Notes: generated by a model from the sequence alone, not told the origin. A DNA stretch of 59,183 bases from Desulfosarcina sp. (GCF_033791525.1 NZ_JASJGN010000389.1:1-59183), one strand, 5' to 3'. Positions 38,702-48,203 are shown, counted from the stretch's first letter. Program-made: numbers and translations.

Positions 38702-40456
38702 ATGAAGCGAACCGGTCCCATTAAAATGACAGACGCCATCAAGCGGGCAACCGACGATCAGGATAAAATTTTACAGCCGGAACAAACCGTGTCCATGGTC
38801 AAGCAACGGATGCAGGCCATGAAATTGAAGATCCTTGACCGGACCATGCGAATCGACAATGGTCGATTGGACATCCCCGTATTTTTCAGCACCTGCGGCC
38901 ACGATGCCCAGGCCGTCATCGGCACCAAAAAACAGATGGGAAAAGGTGCGACAACGGCCCAGGCCGAGGCCAGCGCTGTGATGGAACTCGCCGAACGGTT
39001 CAGTTTTTTCAGCTTCTACGCCAACCGCGACCACACCCGCTTGGGCACCTACGGCCAGTTTGCCGACGAGGCCATTGCCTTCGATCAAATTGCCAAGTCA
39101 GTACACGACGAATCCGGGGACCTTGCCGTATCCAAACAGATTTTTGATTCCCTGCCCCTGAGATGGACCGGTGCCTGGAGCCTGACCCGGGAGAAGGAGG
39201 TGCTGATCCCGCTGGATTGGTTTTACGCAATCAACGCCTTCAACGGCCCGTCGGCCGGCAATTGTGTGGAAGAGGCCCTGTGCCAGGGCATCTGCGAAAT
39301 TGTCGAACGTCACGTCTCGTCGGTGATCAGCCGCAGGCAGATTTCCACACCGCTGATCGACCCTGCTTCGGCAACCGACCTTTTGGTCCGGGAAGTGCTG
39401 GGCAAATACGACAAAGCGGGCATCATGGTATTCATCACCGACTTTACCCAGGACATGGGCATTCCCTCCGTGGGCGTCCTGGCCTACGATCCGGTCACTT
39501 TTCCGGGCAAGAGTGAAATCGTCTGGACCGCCGGCACCACCCCCAGTCCGGAAAAGGCCCTGAGCCGTGCCCTGACCGAAGTGGCCCAACTGGCAGGCGA
39601 CTTCAACTCCGGATCCAATTACGTGGCCTCGGGCCTGCCCAAGTTCACCCGCCTGGAAGATGCCGGTTACGTAATCAACGCCCCCGGTCCAATCCCCCTG
39701 GACAGTCTGCCCGACATTTCACACCCGAACATCCGCAACGAGGTGGAATCCTGCATCCATGCCATGGCGCAACGCGATTTTGAGGTGCTGGTAGTGGATA
39801 CCATGCATCCGCAACTGGCTGTCCCGGCCTTTTACACCATCGTCCCCGGCACCCACTTCAGAGAACGCGCCGCCGGCACCAGCGTGGCCATGTTTGCCGC
39901 CAAGATCACCATGGAAAATTACGGTGTGGATGAGGCCATCAAACGACTGATGGACATGGAGCGACTGCTGCCCGGCAAGTATTTCATCCAGTTCTATCTG
40001 GGAAACTGCCACCTGGAGCGAAACGAACCGCAAATGGCCCTGTCACATTTTGCCCGGGCCCGTGAACTGTCGCCGGCGAATCAGGACATCCCCAGCATCT
40101 ATTCTTACATGGGGGTCTGCTACAAGGAACTGGGCAATTATGAAAAGGCCCTTGCCGTGCTGGCTCAAGGTGAAGCTCTGGATCCGGAACGCACCGATAT
40201 ACACAATCTCAAAGGCTTTTGCCACTTCATGCGCAAAGACCACGAAGCGGCAATCCAAAGCTTTGAAAAAGTCATCGCGTTGGATCCCAGTTCGGCCATC
40301 GACTATGCCAACATCGCATCCAACTATCGGGACATGGGCAAAGACGCCGATGCAGAGCGCTACTACCGGCTGGCTTTGGAACTGGACCCGTCCATCGATT
40401 TTGCCCGGGACAACCTGGAACGGCTCACCGGTAAAACTGAGGACGGAAGACCGTAG
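38702..40456 (+). CDS. YcaO-family protein with C-terminal TPR repeats
   Basis: QMGKG..AQAEASAVMELAER, NGPSAGN..EEA..QGICEIVER, RALTEVAQ, followed by about four TPR units. RBS AAGGAG before ATG 38702. Confidence 0.88.
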   Translation: MKRTGPIKMTDAIKRATDDQDKILQPEQTVSMVKQRMQAMKLKILDRTMRIDNGRLDIPVFFSTCGHDAQAVIGTKKQMGKGATTAQAEASAVMELAERFSFFSFYANRDHTRLGTYGQFADEAIAFDQIAKSVHDESGDLAVSKQIFDSLPLRWTGAWSLTREKEVLIPLDWFYAINAFNGPSAGNCVEEALCQGICEIVERHVSSVISRRQISTPLIDPASATDLLVREVLGKYDKAGIMVFITDFTQDMGIPSVGVLAYDPVTFPGKSEIVWTAGTTPSPEKALSRALTEVAQLAGDFNSGSNYVASGLPKFTRLEDAGYVINAPGPIPLDSLPDISHPNIRNEVESCIHAMAQRDFEVLVVDTMHPQLAVPAFYTIVPGTHFRERAAGTSVAMFAAKITMENYGVDEAIKRLMDMERLLPGKYFIQFYLGNCHLERNEPQMALSHFARARELSPANQDIPSIYSYMGVCYKELGNYEKALAVLAQGEALDPERTDIHNLKGFCHFMRKDHEAAIQSFEKVIALDPSSAIDYANIASNYRDMGKDADAERYYRLALELDPSIDFARDNLERLTGKTEDGRP

Positions 40457-40502
40457 TCCGAAATCTGACATCTGTCCGCCGTCATCTGTCCGCCGTCATC
40501 TG
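40437..40502. repeat. Short tandem/heptamer-type repeat patch
   Basis: CATCTGTCCGCCGT x2 plus CATCTG (40469-40502), preceded by a purine-rich arm that contains the ycaO stop. Confidence 0.6.
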
Positions 40503-40631
40503 AACGATGGTTTCTGGACGCCAGTCTTCATTCAGCAACTGTGGTCTTTTCCTGTGCACACCTTGCAAGCGCCCCTCCGGCCACTTAACTTAAGTGCGTT
40601 AAAAACCAAACTGAAAACAAAGGAGTCTTTT

Positions 40632-40835
40632 ATGTCGAAAGAGACACTGACCATTCCAAACATCTCCTGTGGTCACTGCGTGTCGGCCATCGAGGCTGAA
40701 TTGGCCGAGATGGAAGGGGTGTCCTCGGTGAAGGCCGACGCCGAAACCAAAACCGTCACCGTCCAATGGGACGCCCCGGCCTCAATTGAACGCATCCGGG
40801 CCACCCTGACGGAAATCAATTATCCGGCCCAGTGA
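40632..40835 (+). CDS. copZ: Copper chaperone (HMA domain)
   Basis: RBS AAGGAG before ATG 40632; ISCGHC; 67 aa; abuts copA. Confidence 0.9.
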   Translation: MSKETLTIPNISCGHCVSAIEAELAEMEGVSSVKADAETKTVTVQWDAPASIERIRATLTEINYPAQ

Positions 40836-43288
40836 TGACCTCCCAGACCCTCATCCTGCCGATCACCGGCATGACCTGTGCCAACTGCGCCATGAATATT
40901 ACCCGTGGGCTTAAAAAGCTGCCCGGAGTCAGCGAGGCCAACGTCAACTTTGCGGCCGAGCGGGCCTCGGTGACCTTTGATCCCCATCACGCGTCACCGA
41001 TGGATCTGATCCAGCAGGTCGAAAAACTCGGATTCAGCGTCACCACCGCCCGGATTGACTTTCCGGTCATGGGCATGACCTGCGCCAACTGCGCCATGAA
41101 CGTGGAGCGGGCGCTTGTGAAGAAGGTTCCGGGGGTGATCAATGCTGCGGTGAATTTTGCCGCCGAACGGGCAGCGGTTGACTATCTGCCGTCCATGGTC
41201 GCCCCTGACGACCTGGTGTCAGCGGTGGAAAAGGCCGGATTCGGTGCCCTGATCCAGCAGGAAGGGGAACCGGAAGACGCGGAAGCCAAAGCGCGGCAGT
41301 CGGAGATCGCCGACCAGACCCGCAAGTTTATGGTCGGCGTCGTCTTTGCCCTGCCTCTTTTCGTGACCAGCATGGCCAGGGATTTTGGGCTCACCGGACC
41401 ATGGAGCCACCAGGCCTGGGTCAACTGGCTGTTTTTTGTGTTGGCGACGCCGGTGCAGTTTTACACCGGCTGGGACTATTATGTCAGCGGCCTGAAAAGC
41501 CTGCGCAACAAGAGCGCCAACATGGACGTGTTGGTGGCCATGGGATCGTCCACGGCCTACGCCTATTCCCTGGCCGTGTTGCTGCTACCCACGTTGGGCG
41601 GGCATGTTTATTTCGAGACGTCGGCAGTCATCATCACCCTGATCAAAATGGGCAAACTGCTCGAAGCCCGAACCAAGGGAAAGACGGGCAACGCTATCCG
41701 CAAGCTCATGGGACTTCGCCCCAAAACCGCCACGGTGCTCCGGGAAGGAATCGAGCATGAAACCCCCATCGAAGGGGTGCGCGTGGGTGATGTGGTTCTG
41801 ATCAGACCGGGCGAACGCATTCCCGTCGACGGTCAGGTCATCGATGGCGCCTCGGCCGTAGACGAATCCATGCTCACCGGAGAACCCATTCCGGTGGACA
41901 AACAACCCGGCGACACGATGTCCGCCGGCACCATCAACGGCCAGGGAAACATCGTCTTCACAGCCACCCGGGTAGGCCGGGAAACCGCCCTTGCCCAGAT
42001 CATCCGCCTGGTGCAGGAGGCCCAGGGCAGCAAAGCCCCCATCCAGGCCCTGGCCGATCGCGTCGCCGCGGTGTTCGTTCCGGCGATCATCGTGATTGCC
42101 CTGCTGGTTTTCACGGTCTGGTGGGTCGTCGCCGGCGATTTCGTGACCGCCATGATCCGCATGGTGGCCGTACTGGTCATCGCCTGCCCCTGTGCATTAG
42201 GTCTGGCCACACCCACCGCGATTATGGCCGGCACCGGCAAGGGAGCCGAACGGGGCATGCTTTTCAAAAACAGCCGGGCGTTGGAGGGTGCCACCCGCCT
42301 GTCCACGGTAGTTTTGGACAAAACCGGCACCATCACCGAAGGCAAGCCGGTGGTTACCGACCTGGTTGTCGATACGGGCAACGGGGTGACTGAAAACGAA
42401 CTGATACTGCTCGCCGCATCGGTGGAGAAAGGTTCTGAGCACCCGTTGGGCCGCGCAATCGTCAAAAAAGCCGAAGCATCGGGTCTGACACTGACAGCGC
42501 CGGAGGCCTTTAAAGCCCACGGCGGCGACGGGGTGGAAGCCCGGGTGAACGGCCGACTTATCAAGGTGGGCAAGCCGCACTGGTTTGACGCGTGGCCAGG
42601 GGTGGTTTCCGCAACGATGGCCGAACAAATATCGATTTTTCAGGCCCAGGGGAAAACCGTCATGGTGGCCGTTGAAGCGGACCGCCTGCTGGGTCTGATC
42701 TGCGTATCGGATCGCATCAAGGCGGACTCGCCGTCGGCCATTGCCCGGTTGAAACGAATGGGTCTGAAGACGGTGATGCTCACCGGAGACAACCGCCAGG
42801 CCGCCGCGACTATCGGCCGGCAGGCAGGCGTGGATCATGTGGAAGCCGAGGTGCGGCCGGAAGACAAAGCCCTGCGGGTCAAAACGCTGCAGACGGCAGG
42901 TAAGAAGGTGGCCATGGTGGGCGACGGCATCAACGATGCCCCGGCCCTGGCCCAGGCCGACGTGGGCTTCGCCATCGGTACGGGCACCGACGTGGCCATC
43001 GAAACGGCCGACGTGATCCTGGCCGCCGGATCGCTTAGTGGTGTTCCCAGAGCCATCACGCTGAGCCGGGCCACCATGAGGACAATCCGCCAGAACCTCT
43101 TCTGGGCTTTTTTTTACAATGCCGTATTGATTCCGGTAGCCGCCGGCGCCCTTTTCCCGTTTGACGCCCTGCCCATGATGTTGCGGCAACTGCACCCCAT
43201 TTTGGCCGCCCTGGCCATGGCCTTTTCCAGCATCACGGTGGTTTCCAACAGCCTGAGGCTCTACCGGACGAAAATAGCTGATAGCTGA
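40832..43288 (+). CDS. copA: Cu(I)-exporting P1B-type ATPase
   Basis: Two GMTCANC domains, [23 protein letters not shown] and MAFSS. Confidence 0.95.
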   Translation: MMTSQTLILPITGMTCANCAMNITRGLKKLPGVSEANVNFAAERASVTFDPHHASPMDLIQQVEKLGFSVTTARIDFPVMGMTCANCAMNVERALVKKVPGVINAAVNFAAERAAVDYLPSMVAPDDLVSAVEKAGFGALIQQEGEPEDAEAKARQSEIADQTRKFMVGVVFALPLFVTSMARDFGLTGPWSHQAWVNWLFFVLATPVQFYTGWDYYVSGLKSLRNKSANMDVLVAMGSSTAYAYSLAVLLLPTLGGHVYFETSAVIITLIKMGKLLEARTKGKTGNAIRKLMGLRPKTATVLREGIEHETPIEGVRVGDVVLIRPGERIPVDGQVIDGASAVDESMLTGEPIPVDKQPGDTMSAGTINGQGNIVFTATRVGRETALAQIIRLVQEAQGSKAPIQALADRVAAVFVPAIIVIALLVFTVWWVVAGDFVTAMIRMVAVLVIACPCALGLATPTAIMAGTGKGAERGMLFKNSRALEGATRLSTVVLDKTGTITEGKPVVTDLVVDTGNGVTENELILLAASVEKGSEHPLGRAIVKKAEASGLTLTAPEAFKAHGGDGVEARVNGRLIKVGKPHWFDAWPGVVSATMAEQISIFQAQGKTVMVAVEADRLLGLICVSDRIKADSPSAIARLKRMGLKTVMLTGDNRQAAATIGRQAGVDHVEAEVRPEDKALRVKTLQTAGKKVAMVGDGINDAPALAQADVGFAIGTGTDVAIETADVILAAGSLSGVPRAITLSRATMRTIRQNLFWAFFYNAVLIPVAAGALFPFDALPMMLRQLHPILAALAMAFSSITVVSNSLRLYRTKIADS

Positions 43289-43325
43289 TAGCTGATAGCT
43301 GATAGCTGATAGCTGATAGCTGATA
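43274..43325. repeat. Perfect heptamer tandem repeat (ATAGCTG)7
   Basis: Seven exact copies plus ATA; spans the copA stop codon. Confidence 0.95.
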
Positions 43326-43416
43326 TCGAAATGAAACGGGATCGGTTGCTCGTCAAGGGCGGAATCAGGAAATCATGCTTTTCCTTTGCCTGATCTTACC
43401 CCTTAAACCTTCAACC

Positions 43417-44235
43417 TTACGCCTTTAACCGAATACTTGCGGGCCAAGCATGCTTCCTTGTCAGCAGTTCATCCGCCAGACGATTGTAATCGATTGCCCC
43501 GTAACTGCTTCGGCGATAAAACACCACCGGCTTGCCCACTTCGGCGCTTTCGGCGATGGTGGTGTTGCTGCGAATGGCCGTATCGAATACCAGCTTTCGA
43601 TAGCGGATGTCGGTCTTGAGTTGATCCATAACGACATTGGCTACCCGGGTGCGCAGGTCCACCATGGTGGGGACAATGCCGGTAATGTACAACCCGGGAT
43701 TGATCTCTTCACGCACCGCATCGACGGTGTCAAACAGTTCGGCAAGGGCCCCGAACGCATAAGGGTGCGTCTGGCAGGGCACCAGCACTTCCGAGGCAAA
43801 CGAGAAGACATTGACGGTGAGCAGAGAGAGGCTGGGCGGGGTGTCCATTAAAATAAAATCATAATTCCCGGCCACCGGGGCCAGTGCATCCTTGAGCCGG
43901 TTTTCCCGCCCTTCGGCCTCCACTAATTCCACTTCGGCACCGGATAGATCCACATGGGAGGGTATCAGGTGAAGCCCGTCCCATTGCGTGGAAAGGACCG
44001 TCTCTTCAACCGCTTTACGGCCGTTGTTCATAATCAGGTCGTAGACCGAGGGCAGCTCGTCATCAGGCAGAATACCCAGCCCTCGAGTGGCATTGGCTTG
44101 TGGATCCATGTCCACCACCAGCACGGATTGGTTGGCCATAGTCAACGCTGCTGCCAGGTTGATCACCGTTACTGTCTTGCCCACCCCCCCTTTCTCGTTT
44201 GCCACCGCAATTGCCCTGGTTTTCTTTTTAGCCAT
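43417..44235 (-). CDS. Orphan ParA/Soj-family ATPase
   Basis: NEKGGVGKT, VDMDPQAN, DTPPSL; RBS GGAGG; no parB downstream. Confidence 0.92.
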   Translation of the reverse strand: MAKKKTRAIAVANEKGGVGKTVTVINLAAALTMANQSVLVVDMDPQANATRGLGILPDDELPSVYDLIMNNGRKAVEETVLSTQWDGLHLIPSHVDLSGAEVELVEAEGRENRLKDALAPVAGNYDFILMDTPPSLSLLTVNVFSFASEVLVPCQTHPYAFGALAELFDTVDAVREEINPGLYITGIVPTMVDLRTRVANVVMDQLKTDIRYRKLVFDTAIRSNTTIAESAEVGKPVVFYRRSSYGAIDYNRLADELLTRKHAWPASIRLKA

Positions 44236-44265
44236 CTTGCCTCCCCTTCCGTTAGCGTTGTCGCA

Positions 44266-46509
44266 TTAGCCGTTCAATTGCCCAAGATCTGCCTTAAGAT
44301 GGCCGATCTTCTCCTGCAGTGACCGGGAAGCGTCTCTCATCCGGTCGAGTGAAGCCGACACATTTTCTTTGTCCAGCCGCTGTTCACTGATGAGGTCAAC
44401 CAGCCTGGAGAGATCGGCCCCATGGTGTTGGAACCGCTCCAGCATCCTGCCGTTGAGGGCCGAAGCGGCCGCATCGGCCAGTTTCAGCATATACTGAAAC
44501 TTGATATTTTCCTTGTAGTCTTTCAAGTGAAACAAAACGGATCGCTCGGTTTCGCGCTTCATGCGTTTGACCCCCGAGGCGAGCGCCAGGAACTGTTCCT
44601 GATGGACTTTGTCCGCCGATTTTTTCATGGCTTTCTTGACCAGGTTGACGATCTTGTAGAAACCGAAGCGCATCACCGCCTCGGTTTTGATCTGGGCGGA
44701 ATAACGCATGGTTGCCGCAGCCGGCGGCAGCGACAACCCGGCCACCTTGCGGATCGATTCCAGCTCCGGCCCCAAGCGAATCGGCTGCGATTCTCGCCCT
44801 TGGGGCATCTTACCCTCATCCATGGCGTTGGTGTATTGCGCCAGGGCTTCATCGATCATGGCACCATATGGTCCGGCAATCTCATCCAGATAGACCATGA
44901 GATTTTTTTCCTGCGCCTTGACGAACCGGATCACCTGGGGGTTAACCGTTTCGGCCATGTGCTCATCCAAGGCCTGTTTGAACTCCTGGAAAACCATATA
45001 CAGCGTTTTGGCAAATCCCACACTCATCAGGCTTTCATCATAGCGGTGCATCTCCACCTGATAGCTGCGAACATAACGGACAACCCCGGACACCACTCCG
45101 TCGGCATGCTCGTCGAAAAACCGGTCTATGGCTGTTTTCAAATCGCGTTTGACTTGATTGACGGCGCCGTCCAGGGTGTTTTTCACCGTCAGCTTCATGC
45201 GCTCCAATCGGCCCCGCTGACTGTCGACACGGTCGGCCAGCTCCCGCGCCCCACCAGCGTCCCGGGCCAGCAGATCACGGTTGAAATCAATCCAGCTGCC
45301 AATGCCGCCGGCTACTATTTCCAGCCGTTCCAGATGGTTTTTCAGCAGCAGGGAGGTTCGCTCCCGGCGGATCTTTTGTTCCAGGTACTGCTGAAAACGG
45401 CGTTGTTCTGCCGACACAAAATCGACCATCTCCGTCTCCCGGCGCCAATGGCCGAACCGGTCACGGTCTCTTTGGGACAGATCGGATTCCATCTGCGACA
45501 TGAGCAGAAACAGGGCGGAGAAGGTAAACATCCGGGGCTCGCGGCAGATAAGGCTCAGGTCCGCTTCAATCTTCCGAAGCCCCTCGGCAAGATCTTCAGG
45601 GGATTCGTGCTCGCTGAGGTCGCAGTTCACGACGAAAACTATCGTTTCCAGAATTCCCATTTTTCGAATCATGGATAAAAACCGGATGTCTGCCTGACGA
45701 AGCCCTGTGCGGCTGCTGACCACATAAATCGTCAGGTGGGCCAGCATCAGATAGTCCTGGATCATGGCCAGGTGCAACGGGTTGGGAGAGTCGCTGCCCT
45801 GGCAGTCGGCTATTTCGACCCCTTCGCCGAGTCCCGGGGTGTCAATTTCCAGCAACACGTCCTTCAGGTATACGGCCATGGCATCGTCACCAACGAAATC
45901 ACGGTGCAAGGGGAACCGGTCGTTCCCAAACACCACCGTGGCATAATCCGCCTGTACGACCGGCTGTACACGATCATAGCCGTTGAGATAGGAGGCCAGC
46001 AGCACGCTGCCGGCGCTGCGGGTGTCGTTGGAAATCAACTGGTCGGCCGCCAGGTCGGCCAGCGCTCGCTCAAGGATCTGCCGATCCGTTTCCCGGCGGA
46101 TGTCTAAGGGATGCGCCTCACCGGAACGCTTGTGGGCTGGCAGCAGCACCGATGCCTGATCGATGTCCCGGTTCACCTCATCCCAGTTCTTGAGATAAAG
46201 GATGGCCCGCAAACGGCTGCCGGTTCTCACCCGGGTGACGATGGAAGTGACCACCCCGGCCCCCCGTTTGAGGTAATCACCGCCAAAAAGGGTATTCACG
46301 AAGGTACTTTTCCCCGATTTAATGGCACCCACTACAGCCACGCGCATCGTCTCTTCGGATATCTGTTCGGATATGATTTGGCAGGTTGTCTTCCACTGGG
46401 AAAACCCATCATCAACCCGTTCGATAATCTTCTCGGCGTCTTCAATGAGATGCGCGGTATCCTCGCTGATTCGGGTAAGCTGGAGCTTGAGTGTCTCGTA
46501 TGCAGGCAT
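44266..46509 (-). CDS. Bacterial dynamin-like GTPase
   Basis: 747 aa. Helical N-terminus, G1 VVGAIKSGKST, G2 VVTS, G3-like IADCQG, G4-like VVNCD, long helical C-terminal stalk. Confidence 0.82.
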   Translation of the reverse strand: MPAYETLKLQLTRISEDTAHLIEDAEKIIERVDDGFSQWKTTCQIISEQISEETMRVAVVGAIKSGKSTFVNTLFGGDYLKRGAGVVTSIVTRVRTGSRLRAILYLKNWDEVNRDIDQASVLLPAHKRSGEAHPLDIRRETDRQILERALADLAADQLISNDTRSAGSVLLASYLNGYDRVQPVVQADYATVVFGNDRFPLHRDFVGDDAMAVYLKDVLLEIDTPGLGEGVEIADCQGSDSPNPLHLAMIQDYLMLAHLTIYVVSSRTGLRQADIRFLSMIRKMGILETIVFVVNCDLSEHESPEDLAEGLRKIEADLSLICREPRMFTFSALFLLMSQMESDLSQRDRDRFGHWRRETEMVDFVSAEQRRFQQYLEQKIRRERTSLLLKNHLERLEIVAGGIGSWIDFNRDLLARDAGGARELADRVDSQRGRLERMKLTVKNTLDGAVNQVKRDLKTAIDRFFDEHADGVVSGVVRYVRSYQVEMHRYDESLMSVGFAKTLYMVFQEFKQALDEHMAETVNPQVIRFVKAQEKNLMVYLDEIAGPYGAMIDEALAQYTNAMDEGKMPQGRESQPIRLGPELESIRKVAGLSLPPAAATMRYSAQIKTEAVMRFGFYKIVNLVKKAMKKSADKVHQEQFLALASGVKRMKRETERSVLFHLKDYKENIKFQYMLKLADAAASALNGRMLERFQHHGADLSRLVDLISEQRLDKENVSASLDRMRDASRSLQEKIGHLKADLGQLNG

Positions 46510-46720
46510 GTCTATCTTTTCTCGGGTCTGGTCTCAGATCTGGTCTCAGGTTTGGTGATGGTTGCGAAACCAACGGATGCGGATACTGAAAGGCCGGAAT
46601 TTGTCCGTGGGAATTATCCGGGCACCGGCTAAAGGTTTTTACATTTAAAAGGATCGGTTGTCAAAGGTTTCCCATCCGGTGGTCAAGTGGTGCAGGCATC
46701 TTACAAATGAACACAATGGC

Positions 46721-46749
46721 TTGTAAATCTTATGGTTTAATGATATACA
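46721..46749 (+). promoter_or_regulatory. Candidate sigma70 promoter for the four-Cys microprotein
   Basis: TTGTAA - 17 bp - TATACA, with TG at the extended -10 position. Confidence 0.4.
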
Positions 46750-46816
46750 GCTGACCGGAAATAGATGAGATGGGCGGCTCAAAGGCGATAAATCCAGCAT
46801 AAGGAACACCAGAAAC

Positions 46817-46969
46817 ATGTCAGAAAAACATCCGGAATGCCCATTATACAATCCGCTGAACTGCAAGGAGTACTACAATCCGAAGCTCTGTGCATTCGTC
46901 AGGAAGGACAAGGATTGTCTGAAAAAGAAAAAACCCAAACAAAAACCCAAAAAGGACGACACCGAATAA
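46817..46969 (+). CDS. 50-aa four-cysteine, Lys-tailed microprotein
   Basis: MSEKHPECPLYNPLNCKEYYNPKLCAFVRKDKDCLKKKKPKQKPKKDDTE*; AAGGA upstream and a hairpin downstream. Below the ORF-track length cutoff. Confidence 0.7.
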   Translation: MSEKHPECPLYNPLNCKEYYNPKLCAFVRKDKDCLKKKKPKQKPKKDDTE

Positions 46970-46995
46970 AAAAAAGGGGCCAATCAGCGCCCCTT
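46968..46995 (-). terminator. Rho-independent terminator (U-tract on minus strand)
   Basis: A-run followed by AAGGGGC-loop-GCCCCTT. Confidence 0.6.
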
Positions 46996-47069
46996 GCCCC
47001 CCCCTCATTCAGCCTTTCCTACAATTCCCTTGATAACATAGCGGGTCACTCTTTTCAAACTCACTTTTT

Positions 47070-47311
47070 GCAAACTCGCAAAAAGTCGCATTTCCGACGG
47101 CTTCGTAAAAAGCCCGAGATCAAGGCTTGCGGGCCGCGAAAGCGAGCTTTAGCGAGCGAACAGTATATCGATCTTCATCATTACGGCGAACATTCATGTT
47201 CCATCCCGAGAATACCGCTATCGCGGGTGCCGTAGGCAGTGTACTGATCGTACTCCGCAGTGACGAGGGATGAAGCGTAACGCAGATATCGGGCTTTTTA
47301 CGAAGCCGTCA
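47070..47311. mobile_element. MITE-like repeat, copy 2
   Basis: TIRs GACGGCTTCGTAAAAAGCCCGA (from 47096) and TCGGGCTTTTTACGAAGCCGTC (to 47310); same family as 38075-38297. Confidence 0.85.
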
Positions 47312-47875
47312 GGCATGACCCGCCGTATCGGATAGCAAGGCCGGGTCAATGCCGATACCTTTCAGGGCCGCTTCCCAGCGTCTCTCCACTTCCATTTGAA
47401 AGGCGATGGCTTCCGAATAGGGCCCGTTAATCCAGGAGTTGCTGCGGATTTCACTTTCCAGTTGCCCGGGCCCCCAACCGGCACATCCCAAGGCGATGAT
47501 AAACGCCCGGGGCCCGCTTCCCCCGGAGATGGCTTCAAGGATATCGCGAGAATTGCTCAAGGCCAGTTCTTCGGTTATCATCATGCTGCCTTCCCAGGTG
47601 AAGGGAGCGCCGTGAAGCACAAATATTTCATTCATATGGACCGGCCCTCCGATGTGAATGGGAATTTTTTCAGCGCCGGCAGCGGTTGGGATCTGCAATT
47701 CATCAAAGATCATCTTACCGTTGACAGTCGGGTGGACCCGTGTGAGAACAATCCCCATGGCTCCTTTTGGATTGTGCTCTGACAGGCAGGTGACAGACTG
47801 GTAGAAGTTGGGGTCGGCCAGCCCGGGCATGGCCATCAAAAACTGCCCTTTCAAGGATTGCCATGTCTGGTCCAT
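47309..47875 (-). CDS. YqgE/AlgH family protein (UPF0301)
   Basis: FLMAMP...DPNF..SV, GGPV, GCAGWGPGQLESE, GHA terminus. Start moved to ATG 47875. Confidence 0.92.
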   Translation of the reverse strand: MDQTWQSLKGQFLMAMPGLADPNFYQSVTCLSEHNPKGAMGIVLTRVHPTVNGKMIFDELQIPTAAGAEKIPIHIGGPVHMNEIFVLHGAPFTWEGSMMITEELALSNSRDILEAISGGSGPRAFIIALGCAGWGPGQLESEIRSNSWINGPYSEAIAFQMEVERRWEAALKGIGIDPALLSDTAGHA

Positions 47876-48008
47876 GGTGTAAACCTCATTAGGATGTGTG
47901 AATGCTTTACTCATCTTATCGGGGCGCCGGCCCAAAGGCAAGAAAAAGCTTGACTTGCCGGAAACGGGCTGTTAGGGGAGGGTCAACGTTAAATGGTATC
48001 ATAAAAAA

Positions 48009-48110
48009 ATGAATAGCCGCTACGCCCTTATCAACATTATCAGTCTTATTCTTATCCTCGTAGTGGGTGTCCTCATCCACAACGAGGAAACAGGGGCGAT
48101 AATGGTCTAA
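48009..48110 (+). CDS. ilv operon leader (attenuator) peptide
   Basis: MNSRYALINIISLILILVVGVLIHNEETGAIMV*: 16 of 33 codons are Ile/Leu/Val; directly upstream of a terminator and ilvD. Confidence 0.85.
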   Translation: MNSRYALINIISLILILVVGVLIHNEETGAIMV

Positions 48111-48134
48111 ACCAGCCAACACCGGAAATCACGT

Positions 48135-48175
48135 AATCCGTTATCACCCCCCGAGGCGATAACGGATTTTTTTTT
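48135..48175 (+). terminator. Attenuator terminator upstream of ilvD
   Basis: AATCCGTTATC...GATAACGGATT plus T-run. The left arm can alternatively pair with 48093-48105. Confidence 0.85.
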
Positions 48176-48203
48176 GCCCATTTTCAGAAAGGACGTCCAG
48201 TGA

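Noticed and set aside
40050-40631. 261-aa ORF suggesting a long CopZ
   Set aside because: The upstream part is an alternative frame of ycaO plus repeat DNA; the real start with RBS is ATG 40632.
43274-43325. Repeat array as CRISPR
   Set aside because: 7-bp units with no spacers and no cas genes; it is a simple tandem repeat.
44422-45678. Long antisense ORFs (also 26806-28233, 50473-51672, 17819-18856, 42197-43195)
   Set aside because: They are shadows of well-supported genes on the opposite strand, expected at high GC, and show no recognisable motifs.
46837-47235. 132-aa ORF from the track
   Set aside because: It overlaps the better-supported 50-aa ORF out of frame and reads through a terminator and a MITE.
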